From Desulfobacterales bacterium (GTDB taxonomy: Bacteria; Desulfobacterota; Desulfobacteria; Desulfobacterales; UBA2174): a DNA stretch of 64,000 bases. The DNA lies in the NCBI GenBank assembly GCA_963668645.2, contig CAXXWC010000001.1, positions 1-64,000 on the forward strand. The letters are read 5' to 3'. A model generated the notes under the pieces. It was not told where the DNA came from, did no database searches, and was given only the letters and a program-made list of their open reading frames with translations. Both the position numbers and the translations under genes were made by a program. Shown in pieces: positions 9,483 to 19,253 of the stretch (positions are counted from its first letter, which is position 1; the number at the start of each line of letters is the position of its first letter).

Positions 9483-10451
9483 ATGAAATTCGATGCCGGC
9501 CCGCCCGAGATGGGAAATCCTTACCGTGAAGAACTCACCGAACTGCGCATCGACCGCCTTGGCCAGCGCGTGACCCTGTTCAGCGTCCTGTTGCCGCTGC
9601 TTCTGGCCGTCATCCTCGCCCTGGGCTATCTCGACCTCAAGAGCCGGGTGACCGGCCTCCAGGATACCGGAACGACCCGCATCGAGCACCTGGCAGAAGA
9701 CCTCGAATCGCGCTTCTCGTCCCTGTCGGTCCGGGTGGCGCAGCTCGAGCAAACCCTTTCGCAGCGCCTGGCCGGTCTTGAAAAAAACGATGCGGACCTT
9801 TCCACCCGCATCACCCCGATGGCCGAGGATCTCAAACGGCTGGAAGCCGCCAAAGCCGGTCGCAAGGATCTGGAACAGGCCCTGACCGGGGTTGAAGAAA
9901 AGATCGCTCCCCTCACCCAGGCCCTGGCGGCCGGGGAAAAGGCCCTTAAAACCCTCAAAGATCATGTGGACGCAAGCACCGCAGACCTGGCAAAGAGGAT
10001 CGAAGCGGGCAAGAACGAACGCGCCGGTCTCAGCCAGGGCCTGGACGGCGTAAAGAATCAGGTCAATGCGCTTTCAAAGGATATGGAAGGGATGGCGCAG
10101 GTTCATCGGACCATAGAGGCCCATGCGGCTCGCCAGCAACAGATCGAGGCCGATCGCAAAACCCTGGAGACCGAATTGCGCCGTGAACTCGAAACCGTAC
10201 GCGGCCTGGCTCAAAAAAAGGCCGACTCCCTGGATCAACGCATCGAACGGCTCACCCGGCGTATGGATCAGCTTCAGCGCAGCGGACCCGCAACGCCCGG
10301 CAAGGCGGCCGCCGCAGCCCCCCAGGCAAGCGACCGGGAGGCCTCCATCGCCCTGCCTGCCGAAACCGGATCGCCGCCAAGGGCCACTCCCCAGCCGCAA
10401 CCGACACCGCAACTTAAGCCGGGCCAGATCATCGAAAAACCGCTCAATTGA
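9483..10451 (+). CDS. Membrane-anchored coiled-coil hypothetical protein
   Basis: One hydrophobic helix (VTLFSVLLPLLLAVILALGYL), long heptad-rich region, Pro-rich tail; RBS GAGGTGG. Confidence 0.75.
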   Translation: MKFDAGPPEMGNPYREELTELRIDRLGQRVTLFSVLLPLLLAVILALGYLDLKSRVTGLQDTGTTRIEHLAEDLESRFSSLSVRVAQLEQTLSQRLAGLEKNDADLSTRITPMAEDLKRLEAAKAGRKDLEQALTGVEEKIAPLTQALAAGEKALKTLKDHVDASTADLAKRIEAGKNERAGLSQGLDGVKNQVNALSKDMEGMAQVHRTIEAHAARQQQIEADRKTLETELRRELETVRGLAQKKADSLDQRIERLTRRMDQLQRSGPATPGKAAAAAPQASDREASIALPAETGSPPRATPQPQPTPQLKPGQIIEKPLN

Positions 10452-10504
10452 ATCCGAGACGCGAAACACGGAAAGTCCCGGCCGGCGACGGCAGCGGCGT
10501 TCGC

Positions 10505-11308
10505 CTAGATGTTCCGCCAATGGCGCCGCAATCGATCGAGGTCTTCGGGACAATCGATTTCCGGCGAATCGAACTCGGTCACGATGACCCGGATGCGATA
10601 GCCGTTTTCCAGAACCCGAAGCTGTTCGAGCTTTTCGAGCGCTTCCAGCCGGCCGGGGGGAAGATGCCGGTAGATATCGAGAAACCACCGCCGAAAGGCG
10701 TAAATTCCCAGGTGTTTGTAGGCCTTGAAAGCGGCGGCGCCGGCGCCGGGAGAAGGGAAATGCAGTCCGTAGCCGTCGCCCGAGGCGTTGAAATGCCATG
10801 GTGCGTCACGGACAAAGGGAATCGGGGCCCGGGAAAAATAGATGGCATGGCCCTGGGCGTCGAACACCACTTTGACGTCCTTGGGATGAAACAGTTCGGC
10901 CGGATCACGGATCAAAAAAGCCAGAGTCGTCATCTCCAGGGATTCATCGGTCAAAAGGGGTTCGATGGCCGCCGTGATGCTGCGCGGATCCACCGCCGGC
11001 TGGTCGCCCTGGACATTGACGACCAGGTCCGTTGACTTCAGGCCGAGATGGGCGGCTACCTCGGCCACCCGGTCGGTGCCGCTGCGATGCTGCGGATCGG
11101 TCATCACCACCACAGCGCCGAAAGCTTCCACGGCTGCCTGAATCCGCCGGTCGTCGGTGGCCACCACCACCTGGTCGATCCCGGCCGCCTGCCCCACCCG
11201 TTCGTAAACGTGCTGGACCAGCGGCTTGCCTTCAAAGGAGATCAAGGGCTTGCCCGCCAAACGGGTGCTGGCGTAGCGGCAGGGAATGACCGCAACGATT
11301 CGGGGCAT
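10505..11308 (-). CDS. kdsB: 3-deoxy-manno-octulosonate cytidylyltransferase
   Basis: IPCRYASTRLAGKPL, SGTDR, VNVQGDQP, YFSRAPIP, EKLEQLRVLENG. Confidence 0.96.
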   Translation of the reverse strand: MPRIVAVIPCRYASTRLAGKPLISFEGKPLVQHVYERVGQAAGIDQVVVATDDRRIQAAVEAFGAVVVMTDPQHRSGTDRVAEVAAHLGLKSTDLVVNVQGDQPAVDPRSITAAIEPLLTDESLEMTTLAFLIRDPAELFHPKDVKVVFDAQGHAIYFSRAPIPFVRDAPWHFNASGDGYGLHFPSPGAGAAAFKAYKHLGIYAFRRWFLDIYRHLPPGRLEALEKLEQLRVLENGYRIRVIVTEFDSPEIDCPEDLDRLRRHWRNI

Positions 11309-11499
11309 GACACGATCCTCTCGGTTAAACGGGTGATTGCTGCAAATTTTCGGTCGCCGCAAAGCGTCCCAAATCCCGGTAAATGGGGCTTGGCGCTTTG
11401 CGGTTCATGCGCGTTTGCCAACGCCGCGTTCTTCAAAACAATGGGTTGCGGGCCCTGCGGCCGTGCCCGACTTCAAGCCAGCAAGAAAGGTCGACACTC

Positions 11500-12249
11500 A
11501 TGGACTCACAGCGCCTCGAACGGTTGCTCGAACAAGTGGCCCGGGGAACCGTCACGGTCAACCAGGCCGCCTCGGCCCTGCGCCACCTGCCCTTCGAGGA
11601 TATTGAATTTGCTCGTATAGACCACCACCGCAGCCTGCGCAAGGGCTTTCCGGAGGTCATTTTCGGTCAGGGCAAGACGGCCGAACAGATCGATGCCATC
11701 CTGGAGCGCATGTGCACCGAAGAACGGGTGGTGCTCGTTACCCGCCTCGATGGGGCCAAGGCCGAGTATGTAGCGGCGCGCCACCCGCAGGCGGTCTACC
11801 ATGCCGAGGCGCGGATGCTGATCTGGCAGCAGGGGGAGATCCCCATCAACGGCCGGGGCACCATTCTGGTCCTGGCGGCAGGCACATCGGACCTGCCGGT
11901 GGCACGCGAGGCCGGCCTGACAGCCGCCGCCATGGGCAACCGCGTGGAAACCATCATGGACGTGGGGGTGGCCGGGATCCACCGCCTTTTTGCCCATCAC
12001 GAGGCGATCATGTCGGCCGCGGTCCTGGTGGTGGTGGCGGGTATGGAGGGGGCCCTGCCGAGCGTGGTGGCCGGGATGGTGGACCGCCCGGTGATCGCCG
12101 TTCCGACCAGCGTCGGCTACGGCACCAGCTTCGGCGGCCTGACGGCCCTTCTGGCGATGCTCAACAGTTGCAGTTCCAACGTGGCGGTGGTCAATATCGA
12201 CAACGGATTCGGGGCCGGCTACATGGCGGCCACCATCAACCGGACCTGA
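11500..12249 (+). CDS. larB: Nickel-pincer cofactor biosynthesis carboxylase LarB (PurE-like)
   Basis: DHHRSLRKGFPEVIFGQGK, AGTSDLPVA, AGMEGALPSV, PTSVGYG, VNIDNGFGA. Confidence 0.92.
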   Translation: MDSQRLERLLEQVARGTVTVNQAASALRHLPFEDIEFARIDHHRSLRKGFPEVIFGQGKTAEQIDAILERMCTEERVVLVTRLDGAKAEYVAARHPQAVYHAEARMLIWQQGEIPINGRGTILVLAAGTSDLPVAREAGLTAAAMGNRVETIMDVGVAGIHRLFAHHEAIMSAAVLVVVAGMEGALPSVVAGMVDRPVIAVPTSVGYGTSFGGLTALLAMLNSCSSNVAVVNIDNGFGAGYMAATINRT

Positions 12250-12294
12250 GTGATCTGCGGCCCGCCGAGCGGCGCCGGGGCCAACGGCCGGTCG

Positions 12295-13104
12295 CTATCC
12301 CTTGCTGACCGGGCCTCCCAGGTAGGCCGCCAACACATCCGGATGGCGCTGGACCTGGCGGGGCGTGCCCTGGGCCAAGAGCCGGCCCTGGTCCAGGACC
12401 ACGATGTGGTCGCAGATGCGCATGGTCAGGCCCATATCGTGCTCGACCATCAGTACGGTGACCCCCCGGTCGCGGATCTGGAGGATCAGATCTCCCAGCC
12501 GTTCGGATTCCACCGCGTTGAGACCGGCCGCCGGTTCATCCAGCAGCAGGAGCTTGGGTTCGGCGGCCAGGGCCCGGGCGATCTCCAGCAGCCGCTGCCA
12601 GCCGAAGGGCAGCTCTCGGCTGGGGGTGGCGGCCTGCCCTTCCAATCCGACGAATTCGAGCAGGTGCCAGGCGGCGTCCCGCGCCGCCCTTTCTTCCCGG
12701 CCGACCCACGGCAGGCGGGTCATGGCCCCGAAAAACCCGCAACGGGTGCGCACATGGCGGCCCACCAGAACGTTTTCCAGCACGCTCATCGAGCCGAACA
12801 GTTCCACGTTCTGGAAGGTTCTGGCGATGCCCACACGCACCAGATCGTGGCTCGGCCGTCCATCGACGCATTTACCGTCAAAACGGATGGCGCCCCGATC
12901 GGGCCGGAACACTCCTGAAACGAGGTTGAAAAGGGTCGTCTTGCCCGCCCCGTTGGGACCGATCAGGCCCTGAATCCGTTCCGGGGCCACCTCAAAGGAG
13001 ATATCGGTCAGGGCCTGAACCCCGCCGAAGGCCTTAAAGACCGTTTCAACCTCAAGGAGTGCCCGTGGTTCCGGGCCTCCGTCGTCGTAATCGTTCATAA
13101 GCAT
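12295..13104 (-). CDS. LivG-like ABC ATP-binding subunit
   Basis: [29 protein letters not shown]. Confidence 0.92.
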   Translation of the reverse strand: MLMNDYDDGGPEPRALLEVETVFKAFGGVQALTDISFEVAPERIQGLIGPNGAGKTTLFNLVSGVFRPDRGAIRFDGKCVDGRPSHDLVRVGIARTFQNVELFGSMSVLENVLVGRHVRTRCGFFGAMTRLPWVGREERAARDAAWHLLEFVGLEGQAATPSRELPFGWQRLLEIARALAAEPKLLLLDEPAAGLNAVESERLGDLILQIRDRGVTVLMVEHDMGLTMRICDHIVVLDQGRLLAQGTPRQVQRHPDVLAAYLGGPVSKG

Positions 13105-14017
13105 CGACCAGACCGCGGGTCAGTCCCTGCGGCAGGAAAATCATCACGCCGATAAGGATCGCCCCGTAAACGATCATTTCAAAATCGGCAAAGGCGTGCA
13201 GCCATTCGGGCAGCAGGGTCAACAGGCCGGCACCCAACAGTGCCCCCCAGACGCTGGCCATCCCGCCGATGACCACCATCGTCACCAGGCGCACCGAAAC
13301 CATGAAGTTGAAGGACTCCGGGCTGATGAAGCCGATCAGATGGGCATAGAGAAACCCGGCCAGGGCGGCCATGACGGCACTCATCACGAAGACCTGCAAC
13401 TTGAAGCGATGGGTATCGACCCCCACGGCCCGGGCCGCCTGCTCGCTGTCGTGAATGGCGCGCAGGGCCCGGCCGACCCGAGAGCCGATCAGCCGGCGGC
13501 AGATGATCATAAACCCGAGCACCAGGCCCCAGACCAGGAAAAAAAAGCGCTGGGGTTCGCCGAGATCGATGCCCCATACGGCCAGAGGGGGGATGCCCAC
13601 CAGGCCCGAAGCCCCGCCGGTCAGCGAGCCACATTCGCGAAAGACGATAAACACGATCATCCCGAAACCGAGGGTACCCATGCCGAGGTAGTATCCCGAC
13701 AGACGCAGGGTCGGCAGCCCCACCAGCCAGGCCACGGCACCGACCAGGACCAGGGCCGCGGCCAGCGCCAGCCAGGGCGACCACTGATAGTGGACCGTGA
13801 GCACGGCGCTGGCATAGGCCCCCAGCCCGTAAAAGGCTGCATGGCCCAGCGAGATCTGCCCGGCGTAGCCCATGAGCATGTTGAGCCCCAGGGCCAGCAG
13901 GGTGTTGATTCCGATGAAGATCAGCACCTGCAGGGTATAGAAGTTGTTCACCAGCAGGCCGGTGACGGTCACCGCGGCGGCAAAGGCCAGATACGGCAAA
14001 TGGGTTTTAAGCTGCAT
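13052..14017 (-). CDS. LivM-like ABC permease
   Basis: GYAGQISLGHAAFYGLGAY, GRALRAIHDSE. Confidence 0.93.
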   Translation of the reverse strand: MQLKTHLPYLAFAAAVTVTGLLVNNFYTLQVLIFIGINTLLALGLNMLMGYAGQISLGHAAFYGLGAYASAVLTVHYQWSPWLALAAALVLVGAVAWLVGLPTLRLSGYYLGMGTLGFGMIVFIVFRECGSLTGGASGLVGIPPLAVWGIDLGEPQRFFFLVWGLVLGFMIICRRLIGSRVGRALRAIHDSEQAARAVGVDTHRFKLQVFVMSAVMAALAGFLYAHLIGFISPESFNFMVSVRLVTMVVIGGMASVWGALLGAGLLTLLPEWLHAFADFEMIVYGAILIGVMIFLPQGLTRGLVDAYERLRRRRPGTTGTP

Positions 14018-14029
14018 GGCGCTCCGCTT

Positions 14030-14905
14030 TCAGAACCGCTGGACCTTGGCCGTGCCCAAAAGCCCCGAGGGCTTCAGATAAAGGATCAGCAAAAGCAGGA
14101 TAAAGGCGATGGCGTCCTTGTAACCCGATGAAAAGAACCCCACCCCGGCCGACTCGAGGATCCCGAGCAAAAACCCGCCCGCCAACGCCCCCCAGAGGCT
14201 GCCAAGCCCCCCGAGCATCGCGGCGCAAAACCCCTTGAGACCGAGCATGGTGCCCATGTCGTAGCTGCACATGGTGATCGGCGCGATGATCACGCCGGCC
14301 ACGGCCCCGGTGCCGGTACTCAGCACGAAGGCCAGCAGGTTCATGCGGCCGGTGGGAATTCCGATCAGCCGGGCCGCCTTGGGATTGACCGCGCAGGCTT
14401 CCATGGCCTTGCCGGTCAGGCTCTTTTTGAAGAAAAACTGCAAGGCCAGGAGCAGTCCGGCGGTAATGAACAGAATCCACAGGCTCTGGGGCAGGAGCCG
14501 GGCCCCCATGATGTCCAGCGGGGCATGCGCGCTGAAGGGGGGCACGCTGTGGGAATCCTTGCCCCAAACGATCATGGCCAGGCCGCGCAGCAGGATCGAG
14601 GCGCCCACGGTGATGATCACCAGCACGATGGGATCGGGCCGTCGCACGGTGCGGATCGCCAACCGCTCGAAAAGGAATCCGGCTCCGGCCCCCACCCCCA
14701 CGGCGAGGAGCAAGGCGACCGGCAGGGGCAGCCCGACCCCGCTCCAGAATGTCACCAGGGCCAGGCCGCCGAGCATGGCGAACTCGCCGTGGGCGAAGTT
14801 GATCAACTCGGTGCTGTTGTAAAGCATGGAAAAACCGAGTGCGATGACGGCGTAGATGGCACCGTTGGTGATGCCGGAGAAAAAATACTGCAAAATTTCT
14901 TGCAT
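14030..14905 (-). CDS. LivH-like ABC permease
   Basis: GAIYAVIALGF, INFAHGEF, LKPSGLLG. Confidence 0.93.
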   Translation of the reverse strand: MQEILQYFFSGITNGAIYAVIALGFSMLYNSTELINFAHGEFAMLGGLALVTFWSGVGLPLPVALLLAVGVGAGAGFLFERLAIRTVRRPDPIVLVIITVGASILLRGLAMIVWGKDSHSVPPFSAHAPLDIMGARLLPQSLWILFITAGLLLALQFFFKKSLTGKAMEACAVNPKAARLIGIPTGRMNLLAFVLSTGTGAVAGVIIAPITMCSYDMGTMLGLKGFCAAMLGGLGSLWGALAGGFLLGILESAGVGFFSSGYKDAIAFILLLLILYLKPSGLLGTAKVQRF

Positions 14906-14946
14906 GGTCGATCCGCCGCTCTGTCCGGGCGTTGCGTGAAATCGGG

Positions 14947-14977
14947 CCGGTCCGATGGTTGGGTCCCATCGGACCGG
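14947..14977 (-). terminator. 12-bp hairpin between binding-protein and permease genes (mRNA stabiliser or partial terminator)
   Basis: CCGGTCCGATGG / CCATCGGACCGG perfect stem, no U-tract. Confidence 0.5.
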
Positions 14978-14990
14978 TCCGGGTTGGCGT

Positions 14991-16154
14991 CTACCGCTCC
15001 AGTTCCCAGGTGCCGTTTACGATGCGCACCATCACGAAGGCGTCCGGCCCCAGCCCGTTGTGATCCTGGGCCGAGAAGTTGAAAACACCGCTGATCCCGG
15101 CATGGTTCTGCAGCTTCTCGATGTTGTCGCGGATCTTCTGGTGGTCCCCGCCCGTGCCGGCCAGGGCTTTGGCCAGCATCTGCATGGCGTCATAGGCGTA
15201 ACCACCAAACCCGGATACCGGCATGTTGAACTTCTTTTCATAGCGGCTGATATAATCGCCCAGGGCCGCCTTCTGCGGATCGGTGGAAGGCAGCAGATCG
15301 GCGACCAGAATCTTGCCGGTGGGCAGGTAGATCCCCTCGGCAGCATCACCGGCCAGTTCGATGAATTTGGGCGAGGCGACCCCGTGGCTCTGGTAAAGGG
15401 GCCATTTGATCTCGAGCTGTTGAATGTTTTTGGAGACCACCGCCGGTCCGGGATTGGTGCCCCAGCAAACAATGGCATCCGGTGCGGCGCTGCGGATCTT
15501 GGTGAGCTGGGCGGTCATGTCGGTATCCTTGCCGCCGAAACTTTCCACCGCCACGATCTGCAGGCCGGCGCCGGCGGCCTGCTTTTCCAGCTGCTGTTTG
15601 CCGCTTTCGCCGAAGGCGTTGGCCACGGTGAGCAGCGCGATTTTCCCGATGCCCAGTTTCTTCATGTGCCGGTAGATCGTGGCCACGGCCAGCACATCAT
15701 TCTGGGCCGTCTTGAAGGTCCAGGGCGTTACGGGATTGGTGATGGCGATGCCTGCGGCGCAGCTGATCAGCGGCATCTTGGCCCGCTCGGCAAAACTCTT
15801 GACCGCCAGGGTCGCCGGGGTGGTGCTCGGCCCGATAACGGCAACGACCCGATCCTTGTTGATCAGCTTGTTGATCCCGGACACGGCTTTTTGCGGATCG
15901 GCTTCCGTATCGTAGATGACCGTCTCAAGTCTGTGCCCATCGATGCCGCCGGCGGCATTGATCATTTCGACGGCCATTTCCAGGCTGCGCTTTTCCGGGT
16001 CCCCGAGAAAGGAGGCCGGGCCGGTTACGGAAAAGATGCCGCCGATCTTGTAGACATCGGCCGCCTGAACCGGTGCGGCCAATATAACGGCCAAGAACGC
16101 CAGCCATCCGATCCGAATCGCCTTGCGGTGCCACGAACCCTTTTCAAAAGCCAT
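14991..16154 (-). CDS. LivK-like periplasmic substrate-binding protein
   Basis: Signal peptide, KIGGIFSVTGPASFLG, INAAGGIDG; RBS AGGAGG. Confidence 0.92.
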   Translation of the reverse strand: MAFEKGSWHRKAIRIGWLAFLAVILAAPVQAADVYKIGGIFSVTGPASFLGDPEKRSLEMAVEMINAAGGIDGHRLETVIYDTEADPQKAVSGINKLINKDRVVAVIGPSTTPATLAVKSFAERAKMPLISCAAGIAITNPVTPWTFKTAQNDVLAVATIYRHMKKLGIGKIALLTVANAFGESGKQQLEKQAAGAGLQIVAVESFGGKDTDMTAQLTKIRSAAPDAIVCWGTNPGPAVVSKNIQQLEIKWPLYQSHGVASPKFIELAGDAAEGIYLPTGKILVADLLPSTDPQKAALGDYISRYEKKFNMPVSGFGGYAYDAMQMLAKALAGTGGDHQKIRDNIEKLQNHAGISGVFNFSAQDHNGLGPDAFVMVRIVNGTWELER

Positions 16155-16255
16155 TGTTCCTCCTTTCGGCCGGCTCTGTAACCGGCGCTCCACGGTTAGG
16201 AAATTGTGCGCATGCCGCCGGCCCCATCATCGGCCGGAAAAAGCCGGCCGCGCGG

Positions 16256-16687
16256 CTACATGGTGTAAAGTTTGTCGCCGTCGATCACATTCAGCCCGTC
16301 GGCCTGCAGTGCTTGAACGGCCGCATCGGTCTGGTCGAAGCGGAAGATCATCACCGCATTGTTTCCGCTTTGCTGGACAAAGGCGTACATGTACTCCACA
16401 TTGATGCCGGAGCGATCGAGCAGGTCGAGGATATGATGCAGCCCGCCGGGCCGATCACTGACCTCCACGGCCACCACCCGGGTTTTGCTGACGGTGAAGC
16501 CCCCTTCCTTGAGCGCCACTTCAGCCTTCTGGTTGTCGTTGACGATCAGGCGCAGGACACCGAAATCCGAGGTGTCGGCCAGGGCCAACGCACGGATGTT
16601 CACCTTTGCCCGGGCCAGAATCCCGGTCACCTCGGCCAGCCGGCCGGCCTTGTTCTCCAGAAAAATGGAAATCTGTTCGACACACAT
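16256..16687 (-). CDS. Tandem ACT-domain protein (typical paaK partner)
   Basis: [40 protein letters not shown]. Confidence 0.92.
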   Translation of the reverse strand: MCVEQISIFLENKAGRLAEVTGILARAKVNIRALALADTSDFGVLRLIVNDNQKAEVALKEGGFTVSKTRVVAVEVSDRPGGLHHILDLLDRSGINVEYMYAFVQQSGNNAVMIFRFDQTDAAVQALQADGLNVIDGDKLYTM

Positions 16688-16699
16688 GCAAGCCTCCTT

Positions 16700-18001
16700 T
16701 TAAATTTTTCGCTTGTCGATGACGCGCACCGCTTTGCCCTCGCTGCGCTGGATGCTGTGCGGTTCGACGAGAGCCACCTTGGCCGAAACCCCGAGCGTCT
16801 CTTTGATGTTCTTGCTGATCGTGCCCTCGAGTTGCTGCAGGTGGCGCACCTCGTCGGAAAAAAGTTTCTCCCCGATCTCCACGCGTACGGTGAGCGTATC
16901 AAGGTTGTCCTTGCGGTCAACCACCAACTGGTAGTGCGGGGCCACTTCGCTGGTCTCCATCAGCACGCTTTCGATCTGGGACGGAAAGACGTTGACCCCG
17001 CGGATGATCAGCATGTCGTCCGAGCGGCCGCTGACCCGATTCATGCGCACAAAGGTACGCCCGCAGATACAAGGCTCGGGATTCAAACTGGTGATGTCAC
17101 GGGTGCGGTAGCGGATCACCGGGAAAGCCTCTTTGGTCAGGGAGGTGAAGACCAGCTCGCCAATCTCACCATAAGGTAGCACCTTACCGGTATTCGGGTC
17201 GATGATCTCGGCGATGAAATGATCCTCGAAGATGTGCAACCCCTTTTTGGCCTCGCGGCATTCGATGGACACGCCCGGCCCGAGCACTTCGCTCAACCCG
17301 TAAATATCCACCGCTGAAATGTTCAGGTTCCGTTCCAGTTCCTGGCGCATGTTCTCCGACCAGGGTTCGGCGCCGAAGACACCGTATTTCAGACTCAATT
17401 CGCCCATGGCAACGCCCATCTCCTTGGCCACTTCGGCCAGGTGCAGCACGTAGCTCGGCGTGCCGGTGATCACGGTGGGCTTGAAGTCGCGCATGATCAT
17501 GATCTGGCGTTTGGTGTTGCCGCCGGAAACCGGAATGACCGAGGCGCCGAGCTTCTCGGCGCCGTGATGGACACCGAGGCCGCCGGTAAACAGGCCGTAA
17601 CCGTAGGCATTGTGGATGATGTCCTTCTGGCTGGCCCCGCCGGCCACCAGCGAACGGGCCATGAGGGTGGCCCAGGTGTTAATGTCGCGCGCCGTGTAGC
17701 CGACCACCGTGGGCTGCCCGGTGGTGCCCGAAGAGGCGTGAATGCGCACCACGGTATCCATCGGCACGGCGAACATGCCGAAGGGGTAGTTGTCACGCAG
17801 GTCCTGCTTGGTGGTGAAGGGCAGGTTTCCGAGGTCTTTCAGGCTCTTGATATCGCTGGGGGTGATCCCGGCGGCTTTGAAACTGTCCCGGTAAAAAGGA
17901 ACCGTTGCATAGGCCCGATCCAGGGTTGTCTTGAGGCGTCTAAGCTGGATGGCTTCCAGAGCCTCGCGCGGCATGGTTTCGAATTCGACATCGTAGATCA
18001 T
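16700..18001 (-). CDS. paaK: Phenylacetate--CoA ligase
   Basis: [68 protein letters not shown]. Confidence 0.95.
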   Translation of the reverse strand: MIYDVEFETMPREALEAIQLRRLKTTLDRAYATVPFYRDSFKAAGITPSDIKSLKDLGNLPFTTKQDLRDNYPFGMFAVPMDTVVRIHASSGTTGQPTVVGYTARDINTWATLMARSLVAGGASQKDIIHNAYGYGLFTGGLGVHHGAEKLGASVIPVSGGNTKRQIMIMRDFKPTVITGTPSYVLHLAEVAKEMGVAMGELSLKYGVFGAEPWSENMRQELERNLNISAVDIYGLSEVLGPGVSIECREAKKGLHIFEDHFIAEIIDPNTGKVLPYGEIGELVFTSLTKEAFPVIRYRTRDITSLNPEPCICGRTFVRMNRVSGRSDDMLIIRGVNVFPSQIESVLMETSEVAPHYQLVVDRKDNLDTLTVRVEIGEKLFSDEVRHLQQLEGTISKNIKETLGVSAKVALVEPHSIQRSEGKAVRVIDKRKI

Positions 18002-18076
18002 CGTATCCTCCTTCAAGGTTGAATCGATCGCGCCTCTACCGCCGGGATGAAGGGAAAGCGGCGGTTGGGGCCCATA

Positions 18077-18112
18077 AACGAAAAGGGGCTGCGGGTGATC
18101 CCCGCAGCCCCT
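18077..18112 (-). terminator. Second terminator-like hairpin in the paaK leader
   Basis: 12-bp stem AGGGGCTGCGGG (18084-18095) / CCCGCAGCCCCT (18101-18112), followed by TTTCGTTT on the minus strand. Confidence 0.55.
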
Positions 18113-18211
18113 GAAACAAGAAAGCCATGGGTGCCACCCTTTGGCGTCTACCCATGGCTTGGTCTCGGTGTTTTGTCCGTCTGCCTCTACCGTGCCGGCC
18201 CATGGGTAGAC
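18113..18211 (-). promoter_or_regulatory. Transcription attenuator (terminator plus competing antiterminator) upstream of paaK
   Basis: Terminator stem 18150-18160 with 18122-18132 plus U-rich tail; 18200-18211 is the perfect 12-nt complement of 18146-18157. Confidence 0.85.
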
Positions 18212-18270
18212 TTGCTAAAGAAGCCCCCAAAAAAGCCGCTAAAATAAAAGCCCTGCACAGGAAAAGACAT
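18187..18270 (-). CDS. Phe-rich leader peptide [27 protein letters not shown] (27 aa)
   Basis: Manual translation; 7 Phe and 1 Tyr in codons 3-18; overlaps the antiterminator arm; too short for the ORF track. Confidence 0.85.
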   Translation of the reverse strand: MSFPVQGFYFSGFFGGFFSKSTHGPAR

Positions 18271-18319
18271 GATCGTGTTCTCAAACGCTGAATGATGTTC
18301 AAACGTTAAACGATGAAGT

Positions 18320-18349
18320 TTGATAACGGAAGACCGGCTCGCTTGTCAA
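18320..18349 (-). promoter_or_regulatory. Putative sigma70 promoter for the leader-paaK operon
   Basis: TTGACA at 18349-18344; TTATCA/TATCAA 17-18 bp downstream. Confidence 0.5.
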
Positions 18350-18408
18350 TCTTTTTTTTGAGGGGAAACAATAACAGCCCCTTCTCCCCCAAAATGATAT
18401 GGCAATTA

Positions 18409-19200
18409 TCAGTCCTCGTAGCCGCCCGTAAAGGCAGCGGGGCGTTTTTCCAAAAAGGCCTGGGTCCCCTCCTTGGCGTCCGGACTGGCCAGGCAAAGGG
18501 CGAAGGCGTCCACTTCCAGGGCGCAGCCGGTGGTCAGGTCGACGTCCAGCCCGCGGTTGACCGCCTGCTTGGCGGCCCGCAGCGAAACCCGCCCCTTGGC
18601 CGCGATGGTCCGGGCCGTCTCGAGCACCGCCGCCATCAGTTCCTCGGGCGCACAGACCCGGTTGACGATCCCCAGGCGGGCCGCCTCTTCGGCGCTGATC
18701 ATGCGGCCGGTGAAGATCATCTCCTTGGCCGCATTGGCGCCGATCAATCGCGGCAGGCGCTGGGTGCCACCGAACCCGGGGATGATGCCCAGGCTGATCT
18801 CCGGAAGTCCGAAGCGGGCCTTTTCCGAGGCATAGATGAAATCGCAGGCCAGGGCCATTTCCGTTCCGCCGCCCAGGGCGAACCCGTTGACCGCACCGAT
18901 CACCGGGATTTCAAGGGCCGTCAGACGGCTGATGGCCGCCTGCCCCCTGGCGGCAAAACGCTTGGCTTGCAGCGAAGTGAAACGGGCGATCTCGGTGATG
19001 TCGGCCCCGGCTACGAAAGCCTTGTCGCCGGCCCCGGTGAGCACCAGGACCCGCACCGTTTCGTCGGCGGCCACCTGATCCAGGGCCGAGCCGAACTCTT
19101 CGATCAGCTCACGGTTCAAGGCATTGAGGGCCTTGGGCCGGTTGAAGGTAATGGTCGCGATACCGTCCGCTGTCTGATAAATGATGTTGGTGTAAGTCAT
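18409..19200 (-). CDS. Enoyl-CoA hydratase (crotonase family)
   Basis: NRPKALNAL, AFVAGADI, ALGGGTE, PEISLGIIPGFGGTQRL. Confidence 0.95.
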   Translation of the reverse strand: MTYTNIIYQTADGIATITFNRPKALNALNRELIEEFGSALDQVAADETVRVLVLTGAGDKAFVAGADITEIARFTSLQAKRFAARGQAAISRLTALEIPVIGAVNGFALGGGTEMALACDFIYASEKARFGLPEISLGIIPGFGGTQRLPRLIGANAAKEMIFTGRMISAEEAARLGIVNRVCAPEELMAAVLETARTIAAKGRVSLRAAKQAVNRGLDVDLTTGCALEVDAFALCLASPDAKEGTQAFLEKRPAAFTGGYED

Positions 19201-19253
19201 CTTCTCTTCCTCTGCTGAGTTTAAGTTATCGCCGCTTGTCCCTGCCCTGTGCC

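Noticed and set aside
18036..18302. 88-aa ORF upstream of paaK
   Set aside because: Runs through both hairpins; the Phe-rich ORF in another frame explains the region better
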